From assembly GCA_025594325.1 (NCBI GenBank), contig JANHCV010000004.1:1860001-1924000 (forward strand): a stretch of 64,000 nt of DNA, read 5' to 3'. The notes beneath the pieces were generated by a model. That model saw only the letters and a program-made list of their open reading frames with translations. It did no database searches and was not told the DNA's origin. This document shows positions 55,501-64,000 of this stretch, one piece after another. A program made the translations under genes and the position numbers. Origin of the DNA: Blastocladiella emersonii ATCC 22665. Taxonomy: Eukaryota; Fungi; Blastocladiomycota. How positions within the stretch are numbered: position 1 is the first letter of the stretch; every line of letters starts with the position of its first letter.

Positions 55501-57840
55501 TCAGCACGCTGGCCGTGCACGCCTCGGCGCGTCCCCGTCGCCGCTAGCCACGACCATGGCGGCGGCACACGACGGCGACGGCGAGACCAGCTCGACCGCT
55601 GCCGCCATGGCCGCGGCCGCCGCGTCGACGCCCCCAGCGTCGTCGGCCTGCGGCGCGGCGTGCCAGTGCGGGCGGCGGAACGGCAGGTCGACGAACCCGC
55701 GGAACACGTCGGTGGTGAAGGAGGCCGAGTGGCGGAGCTTCGGGCGGCGGGTTGCGGTGCGCTCGAGCGGGAGCGGGGCGAGGGATGGTGGGGGAGGAGA
55801 AGATCGGGCGTCGAGCCGTGGCGGCGGCGGGAAGGGGGACGACGAGGCGGTTGAGGAAGACAGCGTGGGCGTCGAGATGGAGATGCTCGGGCTCGGCGGC
55901 TCGACGGCGGCAGCGCGTGCGGGGTGGTGATGGTGTATCGACTTGGCCTGCAGCGATGCCATGACTAGTAGTGGGCGGGGAGAGCGTCAGCGACTAGTCG
56001 CGATCAGCACCGCATACGCGACAACGTACCGGCACTCCACAGCTCGCCAGCCGAGCTCGCGAGCGACTCGGGCGACATGTCGACGGACGCGGCCGCAGTG
56101 TGCTCGGCGTCGGGCGACTGGTCCATGGGGGTGTCGAGGCTGACCTCCTCCTCGTCGCCGGCACCGTACCCGGACGACGATGTGGCGGGCGACGCGTACT
56201 CGACGCCCTCCTCGCTCTCGACGTCGTCATCAGCCAGGTCGAACACGAACGCGCACGATGGCAGGACGGCGACGCTAGCGGTACAGTGCTCGACGACCGA
56301 TGCGACGACGGGCGGCGCGAGCACGACGAGCCGGTCGGGCGGGCCCGCGTCCTCGGCGACGGCGGCGGGCTCGGCCTCGAAGATGCCGGCGAGCCGTGGC
56401 GGGACGAGGTCGCGCGACAGCGAGGAGGTGGGCGACGGGTGGTGGTGCAGGTGCGGGTTGCGCGGCGGGACGGGCGGCGGCGGGTGGTGCGGCTTGCGGC
56501 GGAGCGACGAGGGCGAGACGGCCATGGACTGCACGATGCCCGAGTCGCCGCCGCCGCCGCCGCCGCCGCCGCGTGTTGGTGGCGGTGGGCTCGAGGAGGC
56601 GAGGCGGGCGGACGTCGACAGGCTCTCGCGGCGCGGCCACGTCATGTGCATGTCCTCGCGGCGTCGCGGTGGAACGGCGGGGATCGCCGACGCGGCGAGG
56701 TACGGCGCCTGGGTATCCGCGAGAACCTGCTCGAACGCGTCGCGGTCGAGCGCGACGTCGAACTGGAGGAGGGCGAGCAGCTGGCGCTCCATGAGGTTGA
56801 TCTCGACGAGGGCGACGCCCGTGGCGTGGGCCCAGTGGGTGTTCTTGACCTGGCAGTCGTTGAGCAGCTTGGCGGCGACGAGCAGGGCGGCGAGGAGCAG
56901 GCGGTGGTGCGTGGTCGGGATCCCGCGCGCCGTCGACGGCAGCGCGGCGCGCACGCGGCCGAGCAGGAGGATCGCGCCTACGACGGTGGCCGCGTCGACG
57001 GCGGTGCGCGCCGTGGTGCGTTGCGCGAACCGGGCGAGCGGGAGCGACAGCGGCCACGTGCACGGGCGCGCCGTCGACGACGAGGTCGTGGGCGACGGGT
57101 GGCAGTCGATGGTGGCGGACGCGGTGCGGGTGAGGTGGTCTACACGCCGAACAAAAAAATCAGGGGGGTGAGTGAGTCGCCTGCGCCACCACGGAGACGG
57201 CGAGAGAGGGCAAGGGGGCGGCGGCGGCGGGTGCAGGCGGCACGTGGGCGGCGCAACGCGTCGATGCGGCGCGGTGATCGGGGCGGGGCGAGCGAGCAAG
57301 CGAAACGGCAGGGCGGGGCAGGATGAGTCAACGGCGCGGCGCGGGTCCACCAGGCTGACCAATCCTCCCTCATTCGGGCACCGGTTCCCACGCTCGGCCA
57401 AGACGGCGGCCGGCCGCAGCGAGGGCCCCAATCAAAGCCACCCCACGCCTTCCTCAGACACTCGGCCGCTGTCATGGAGGAGGGGGAGGAGGAGGATGGA
57501 TCGAGACGAGCGATGGCGATGGAGCGAGGGTGAGCGTACCGAGAAGACTGCCCCACGGCGCGCAGTTACACGCGGCGGCGAGATGGAGCGGCGCCGTGGC
57601 CGCGGTGGTCGTGGTGGAGGATGCCGATGACGGGCGCGAGACACGCGGCGGAGCGGGCGATGATGGAGACACGCTCGCGAGGTGCGGCGACGGCGGGCGC
57701 AGGAGCGGCGACGACGGCGGTGATGGTGGTGGCGAGAAGGTCAGCGCGCCGGCGTAGTGGTGGAGGTGGTGCGCCATGGTCCGCGACGATGACGACGGCG
57801 GCGGGATGGCGACCGCGCGGTCGAGCTCGGTCGACGCCAT
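55501..57840 (-). CDS. Pcl1/Pcl2-family (Pho85) cyclin; introns 57140-57539 and 55965-56029
   Basis: Cyclin box 'TTHHRLLLAALLVAAKLLNDCQVKNTHWA..EINLMERQLLALLQFD'. Canonical splice signals join three exons. TATAAAG on the minus strand ~57998. Confidence 0.82.
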
Positions 57841-59017
57841 CGGGGCGGTGAGGGCGAGGGTGAGGACGAGGGCGGAGGCGATGGACCCGAGACCTGTCCG
57901 CGGAGGAGGGAGGGAGCGCGAGGGTGCGGTCGAGGGTCGGGTGCGGTGTACGCGGCGGCGCGCGGGGAGAGCGCGGGCAGGCGGCGCGGCGCGCTTTATA
58001 CGCTCGCGTGTCTCACCCGTGTGGCGCGGTCGGGATGGATACGCGCCGCGGGCCTCGGAACGGAATCGGAAGGCGGGCGCGGCTGTTGCTGCGGAGGAGA
58101 GAGGAGGCGAGCGAAGCGGCGGAGCGGACTTGGATCCTGGCGCCGTGGCCGATGTGCGGGCGCAGAGCGCGGACGCTGCCAAGAACGAGCGTCAGCGTCA
58201 GCGCGCGGAGCAGCAGCAGCCGTCGGCCTTGTTCTTGCGCGGCAGGCGAACGTTGCGCAGCTGCTGAGGGTGAATCGCGATACGCCGACGACGCGACGTG
58301 CGACCGGGTGGCCAGCCAAGCGAGCTTGCGCGCGCAACAGCGGCGGGCGCGTGGCCACGGTCACGGTCGCGGTCACGGTGGGGCCTCGGGCGATAGCCGC
58401 GAATGAATCCGGCGAAATCAAACGCGGATCGCGGCGGCGGCGGGGTCGGTGGGCGTGGACCAGGGCGACCGAGCGAGTCCAGAACGCGGACGTGGCGGTG
58501 CGCAGGGCGTGGGCGCGAACGCGCGAGCGCGCGATGGGCAGGTACAGTGGTCGGCGCGCGATATGGAGCTAGCCGGTCCGGATTGCCTGATTCGAGCCTA
58601 CGGTGCGAGCGAGCGAAAGTGTTGGTCGTCAGCAAGCCCTGCTGCGGCCGCACGCGTCCTCTCTCTCCCTCGCCCCGTCGCCGCAGTGGCTCATGAAACG
58701 ATCATCACGTAAAGCGCCCGAGCTCACCGCGACGCGACAGGGAGACACGCGAGGGGGAGAGCAAACGACGCGTTCGAGGAAGGAGGAGCGATGCGGCGGA
58801 CGGGCCCGCTGAGGTGTGGATGGCGGGGACGTGCGTGGAGTGGCACCGCGTCCCGTTGCCGTCGTCGTCGGATGGATGGATCCACGAGCGAGCGAGCGAA
58901 CGAACAGTGGGAGATGTGGGGAACGCGTCGTAGGCGATCGCGGAGGCACGAGCGCGTAAGCAACGCGGGTGTGTGTGTGCGGGACGGGCAGGGAGGAGCG
59001 GTGCCGACGCGTCGCTG

Positions 59018-59038
59018 TTGTTGTTGTTGTTGTTGTTG
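59018..59038. repeat. (TTG)7 microsatellite
   Basis: Directly visible. Confidence 0.9.
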
Positions 59039-59856
59039 AGAGAGCGGCGACGGCGGCGGCGGCAGCGACAGCGGCGCACGGAATGAAGGGTCCCCGGGGC
59101 GGCATCTCGATCATGACCTTGCGTCGATACCGCGATCCGCCCCCGCCGCGCTCGTCATCCGCCTCGTCGCTGCCGCCGTCGCGCCCCGGTCCCCCTCACC
59201 GCGGAGTACAGTAGAGTGACCGAACATGACGCCGTGCTCGGTCACGGCCACGCACGCGTTCGTCGACGGCGACGCGCTGTTGTCTGATCGCGGGTCCACC
59301 TGCCGTCTCGGGGCGGAAACGTCGCGCTACGCGTGGCCTTTCGCCCGCCCGAATTGCAATCTCCGAGCTGGAGCCACGCCGCGCACGCGCTGCGCCCACG
59401 GTGGCCACAGCCGGACCATTGTACGGCTAATTACGCGCGAGGGCGAGGGACCCTCGCGCTCTCACGGGCACACGCGTCGTCGACGGCCACGCGGGGTTCG
59501 GCGGACTTGATGAAGCGGGGGAGCGAGCGAGCGGCGCCGCCCGCTGTGCTCGTCGCGTTGCAGGGAGAGAGAAGCGGATCCATGAGCTTTCACGTCGGCG
59601 TCGCCGTCCGGAGCCGCTCTGTGAGGTGCATGGCGCAGTCGCGGGCCGCCGTGTGGCGTCGCATGAGACAGCGGGCGAGACATATGCACGTGTTTTCGCG
59701 TCGCGTCTCCTCCTCGCTTGAAACGTGCGCTCGAGGGCACGGCTGCCTCGGACTCGCTCTCGAAAGCTGGGACAAGCAGTGATCTTCAAACGTCAAGTCT
59801 ATAATGCTCTCTGCCAGCCATGTGGCACTCGCGCGCGCGCGGTCGCCCGCGACAGC

Positions 59857-61827
59857 TTACTTGGTGAGGTCGCGCGGCATACCCGTGTGGTCGAGCAGCG
59901 TCTGGTACAGGGGCGAGTCGGGGTCGACCTTCTTGCGTCGCTCGACGGCCTTGGCGATCGGTATCAGCACAAACTCGTCCTGGACCAGTCCAATGATCGA
60001 GTCCGTCTTGCCGGCCATGGCCGCGTGCACGGCCTGCTGTGCGAGCGAGACCGTGAACACGGCGTCGGTAGCGCACGCGGGGGCCGACCGGATCGTGTAC
60101 GACGGGTCAATGTACTTGATCGTGTGCTCGATCTTGTGCTGCTTGAGGTGCGCGCCGAGCTTGTCCTTGAGGAACACGCCAATATCCAAGAGCTTGGTGT
60201 TCCCGCTCGCGTCCTTGCCCGCGGGCGCCTGCGCCGCGAGCTCGGCCGCGACCAGGTCCTGCCCCGCGCCCTCGGCGACCACGATCACAATGTGGTCGCG
60301 CGTGCGCAGGCGGTCCTCGACCAGGCGGTACACGACGTCGAGCGTGAAGGGGACCTCGGGCAGGAGCAGCAGGTTGACGTCGCCCGAGGCGAGCGCCGCG
60401 TGGAGCGCGATGAACCCGGAGTCGCGGCCCATGAGCTTGACGATGCCGATCCCGCCGCGCGCGGACCGCGCCTCCTCGTGCGCGGCCTGGATCGGGTCGA
60501 GCGACATGGCGACGGCCGTTTCGAAGCCAAACGCCTTTTGGTAGGCAATGTCATTGTCGATGGTCTTGCCGATCCCAATCACGCTGATCTGGAGCCCGCG
60601 CGCGGCAATCTCCTTGGCAATCGCGTGCGCGCCCTTCTGGGTGCCGTCGCCGCCGATCGTGAACAGCATGTCGACGCCGAGATCCTCGAGGTAGTCGACC
60701 ATGACCTTCGGGTCCTGCGGCCCGCGCGAGCTGCCGAGCATGCACCCGCCGAACCGGTGCACGTCCTTGACCTCGGCGGGCGTCAGGTCGACGGGCTTCA
60801 TGCCGACGGCCGGGTTGAGCCCCTCGTACCCGTACCGGAACCCGACCACGCGCTGCACGCGGTACCGGTAGTACAGGCACTGGACGAGCGCGCGGATCAC
60901 GTTGTTGAGCCCCGGACACAGCCCGCCGCACGTCACGATCCCCGCCGTCACCTTGCGCGGGTTGTAGAACAGCTCCTTGCGCGGGCCCGCGCGCTCGAAG
61001 AACAGCGGCACGGGGGCAATGTGGCCCGGCAGCTGCTGCGGCAGTTCCGTCGCGTGCGCCGCGGACGAGATCGAGTGTGTGTCGGCGGCGGCCGAGTCGG
61101 GCGCCACGAAGAACGGCTTGTACAGCAGCACGTCGCCGTCCTGCGTGAACGTGGTGTGGGTGTCGAGCGTCGTCGGGTACGTCGGGTAGCCGAGCGACGA
61201 AACGGCAAACGGCGCCGGGTCTACGGCCGTCGGCATCGGCGTGCCGGACCGCTGGATGCCCGCGCCGGCCGAGGCGTTGGGGCCGGGCGAGCTGGCGCGC
61301 ACGGTCAGGAAGTCGGGCATGGGATCGGATTTTTCGGGCTCGGTTGCGGCGGCGATCGAGGAGGTAAATGGGGGAGGGGAGAGGCCGAGCGGGTGGTGGT
61401 GGTGCGACTCGGTCGGCGTGGGCGTGATGATGTGGATGGACGGCAGGTCGAGGTCGTCGGCGGCGTGCGGCGCGAAGCGGAAGCCGATGACGGGGTGGTC
61501 GCGCGACGCGGCGGGTTCTGGCGGCGCCGGGTGCACGTGCAGGTGGGCGGCGGTGCGCGGGAAGGTGGTCGGCTGGCGATCGACAAAGGTCGCTGACGAC
61601 GACGACGAGTGGTGGTGGTGATGGGCCGACGAGGATGAAGCCGACGACGCAGCGGCGAGACGCTTGTCGGTGAGGTCGGCGGCCGATGCGTTCGGGTTGC
61701 TGCTGCTGGTGGCAGAGGCAGCGGGCGCGACGCGGGAGAGAGAGATGGGCGGCTCGCTGGAGACGCGGCGGGTCGGTCGGCGACGCGAGGCGAAGGTGGT
61801 GCAGCAGGCAATCTGGGAGAGGGGCAT
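59857..61827 (-). CDS. Short single-domain 6-phosphofructokinase (plant/kinetoplastid/spirochete 'clade X'-like), intronless, with low-complexity N-terminal extension
   Basis: 'GIVTCGGLCPGLNNVIR', 'GFRYGYEG', 'LGSSRG', 'IGGDGTQKGA', 'KTIDNDI', 'FGFETAV', 'KLMGRDSGFIA', 'VVAEGAGQ', 'KYIDPSYTIRS'. Confidence 0.9.
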   Translation of the reverse strand: MPLSQIACCTTFASRRRPTRRVSSEPPISLSRVAPAASATSSSNPNASAADLTDKRLAAASSASSSSAHHHHHSSSSSATFVDRQPTTFPRTAAHLHVHPAPPEPAASRDHPVIGFRFAPHAADDLDLPSIHIITPTPTESHHHHPLGLSPPPFTSSIAAATEPEKSDPMPDFLTVRASSPGPNASAGAGIQRSGTPMPTAVDPAPFAVSSLGYPTYPTTLDTHTTFTQDGDVLLYKPFFVAPDSAAADTHSISSAAHATELPQQLPGHIAPVPLFFERAGPRKELFYNPRKVTAGIVTCGGLCPGLNNVIRALVQCLYYRYRVQRVVGFRYGYEGLNPAVGMKPVDLTPAEVKDVHRFGGCMLGSSRGPQDPKVMVDYLEDLGVDMLFTIGGDGTQKGAHAIAKEIAARGLQISVIGIGKTIDNDIAYQKAFGFETAVAMSLDPIQAAHEEARSARGGIGIVKLMGRDSGFIALHAALASGDVNLLLLPEVPFTLDVVYRLVEDRLRTRDHIVIVVAEGAGQDLVAAELAAQAPAGKDASGNTKLLDIGVFLKDKLGAHLKQHKIEHTIKYIDPSYTIRSAPACATDAVFTVSLAQQAVHAAMAGKTDSIIGLVQDEFVLIPIAKAVERRKKVDPDSPLYQTLLDHTGMPRDLTK

Positions 61828-63202
61828 GGTGGGCGCGCGCGTGAGTGAGCGAGCGAACAGTGGTCGGCCAGGAGATGAGAGGGGACCGGCAGGGCCGGCC
61901 GCGGGCGAAGAGGGACAGCAGGGCGAGAGGTGGCGGTGAGAAGAAGGGAGCGGGCGCGGCGCGTGTGTGGCATGCAGCTGCAGAAGGTGCATGAGGCCGG
62001 CGCGGCACGCGGGCGCGAATCCATGCGGCGCCGTGCAGGCGCCAGAACCAGGCGCGGCGCTGGGCCACGTTCCAGTCCCTGATCGTGAATGCGGGCGGGC
62101 GAGCGGTGGCGCTCCCGCGTGCAGCAGCGCGGTGACAGCGGCGACGACGGTGGTTTGCCGCGCGGAGGAAGGTGTTGCATGAAGTGCATGAGGAGGAGGG
62201 GCAGCGGCGCTGCGTCCACGGTTCGGCGGGGTCGAAGAGCAGCGCGACGTACGTGCTGGGAGGGACGACGACGACAACGACGAGGCGACGGCGGTGGGGC
62301 GGAGGGAGGGTGGGAGCGCGGACGCGTTTCGCGCTGCTCGAGTCGGTCGGTGGCGTTTCGAGAGTAGAAGCGGACAAGGTTTCTTGATCGCTCCCGTGGT
62401 GTGGCGCACGCGGGCGCGCTCCTCGCGTCGGTTCACCCGCACGTGCCACGCGCGCGCCGGGCACGTCGAATTCGATGTCAGCATGCGTCACCCTCGGTCC
62501 GCCTCCCCTGCCGGCGCAGTCCCTCGCACGGGGCCGCGGTCGATGTGAGGCGGTCCTGCGCGTCATGCAGCCCCCGTCTCGCTCGATGGCCGCCCATCTC
62601 CCACTCGGCTGCTCTGTCGCGGTGAGCGATGGATGGGCGAGAGGGCGAGAGAGGAGGCCAGAGATGAATGAATTCTCAGAACGTGTTGAATTCGGCGCAT
62701 ACTGCATGACGGAAGATGCGGCGAGAGCTACATCATCGCCGGCCGGGGCCGCCCGCGATGGCCCATCGCACGCGCTGCGCCGCCGCGTCCGGGTCATGTG
62801 CCGCTCCTCGGCTCCGGGACCTCCCGATGCGGCGCAGGATGGCGTGCAGAGAGCCGGGCGGGCCCTATCGCTCAAAACCGGCGTGCTCCCCCCGCCGCCC
62901 CGCGCGCTCGCTCCTCTCGGCCGCCCTTATCACTCCCGACTCACACGCTGCAGTCACGCTGCTGCTGTCTCGCACTGTCTCGCACCTCGACCGCGTCGCA
63001 GCCGCACTCATCAGCCGCCCGCGTGTCACGAGCCGTTCGAGTCTTCATCCGCGACTGCACGCCGTTGAGCTCGGACCCCGTCGCCGGCCTCCCCCGACCT
63101 CATCCCACCCTCCTTCCCCCATCCCCATCGTTTGCCCGGCATCCGACCGTCCGAAGCTAGCCTCAACCTAAGCGTGCACCAGATCCCGCCATCACCGCCA
63201 CC

Positions 63203-63943
63203 ATGACCGCCTCCACCCTCGTTGCCCGCGCCACCTCGTCGCTCCTCTCGTCCGCCACGGCGCCCTCGGCCGCGGCCGCGCACTCGCTCGAGCGCCTGTC
63301 GCTGACCGCCTTCAGGCGTGCCCGGCGCGACACGCTGCTCGCCGCCTCGGTCGCCGCCCAGCGCCACGCGCAGACGGCCGGCCTCGTGCGCGACCTCGCC
63401 GCCGCCCTCCCGACCCGCCCGCAGCAGGCCGCCGCCGCGGCGTCGCTGCGCGCGTGCGCCGATCGCTTCTCCCACGCCGCCTCGGTCCTCGGCCAGGTCG
63501 CCCCGCTCGGCACATCAAGTGACGTGACGGCCGAGCACCGCGCCACGCTGGCCGCGGCCAACTCGGAGCACGCGGCGCTGCTCGCGCATCTCGAGGCCGC
63601 GTGGGCGCCCGTGGTCGGCACGGTCCTCGCCGACCCTGCCGAGCTGCAGCGGCTGCGCGCCCTGCTCAAGCACGTCCACTCTTCGACGCTCGGCACCGGG
63701 CTCATCCTCGCCGAGGCCCTGCTGCCCGCCGACCAGCACCTCGCCACCCACATTGACCCCGTCGCCGTCGCCACCGCCGCCATCGACGAGGCCACGGCCT
63801 GGGCCACCGCCACGTTCGGGTACTTATCACTCATCACTCTGCACTCACCCTCGAGTCAGCACTTGTGCGGCTTGCGTCCCAATCGCGCCGCGATTCCGCC
63901 TTGGTTCCACTTCCATTGCTGCTGCGTGCTGCGGCCGCCGTGA
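63203..63943 (+). CDS. Ala-rich hypothetical protein, probably the first exon of a gene running past the window
   Basis: ACC-ATG context, strong GC3 codon bias, possible donor GTACTT near 63820. No family recognised. Confidence 0.45.
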   Translation: MTASTLVARATSSLLSSATAPSAAAAHSLERLSLTAFRRARRDTLLAASVAAQRHAQTAGLVRDLAAALPTRPQQAAAAASLRACADRFSHAASVLGQVAPLGTSSDVTAEHRATLAAANSEHAALLAHLEAAWAPVVGTVLADPAELQRLRALLKHVHSSTLGTGLILAEALLPADQHLATHIDPVAVATAAIDEATAWATATFGYLSLITLHSPSSQHLCGLRPNRAAIPPWFHFHCCCVLRPP

Positions 63944-64000
63944 TGGAGCCCGCTGATCGCGGCGCGTGCGTCACAGCACCAGATGACTCGCGCGCGCCCT

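Noticed and set aside
58200-59800. Short ORFs and simple repeats between the cyclin and PFK as a hidden gene or uORF system
   Set aside because: Low-complexity translations with no domain. A TATA near 57998 suggests this region lies upstream of the cyclin TSS.
1-64000. tRNA, rRNA or snRNA genes
   Set aside because: None recognised by eye. A tRNAscan-SE/Infernal search would be needed to exclude them.

Overview
GC-rich, compact eukaryotic genomic DNA with many short spliceosomal introns (mostly ~55-70 nt, GTACGT/GTGCGT donors, CTGAC/CTAAC-type branch sites, YAG acceptors). DRC7 (a motile-axoneme gene) together with a Pcl-type cyclin, Hva1-Tudor proteins, a P450-reductase fusion and a Plavaka-like transposase suggests a zoosporic (flagellated) fungus, possibly Blastocladiomycota/Allomyces-like; this is inference. 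About 30 protein-coding loci are supported. Housekeeping genes: RasGEF, NAT9-like GNAT, HAD hydrolase, LIM protein, NTH1, PSF2, AHA1, VAMP7-like, TRF4, GET4, ZFAND1-like, RBM42, ABCB transporter, DRC7, gluconokinase, Pcl cyclin and PFK. Accessory material: a family of stand-alone C2 genes (3 intact plus 1 inverted fragment), two Hva1-Tudor paralogs, a tandem pair of helical-bundle/pseudokinase/LRR genes, and a degenerate transposon island at ~48.5-55 kb. Best candidates for new biology: (1) the MLKL-like pseudokinase-LRR tandem pair; (2) a 12-nt motif ACG[A/T/C]ATC[A/G]AC-like just upstream of the ATG of about 10 genes; (3) a 32-bp dispersed element ~220-240 bp downstream of three stop codons; (4) a non-fungal-type short PFK; (5) a small CaaX protein and a C-x7-C-x4-C repeat gene with a 13-nt intron-like segment. 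All assignments are by eye, with no database searches.
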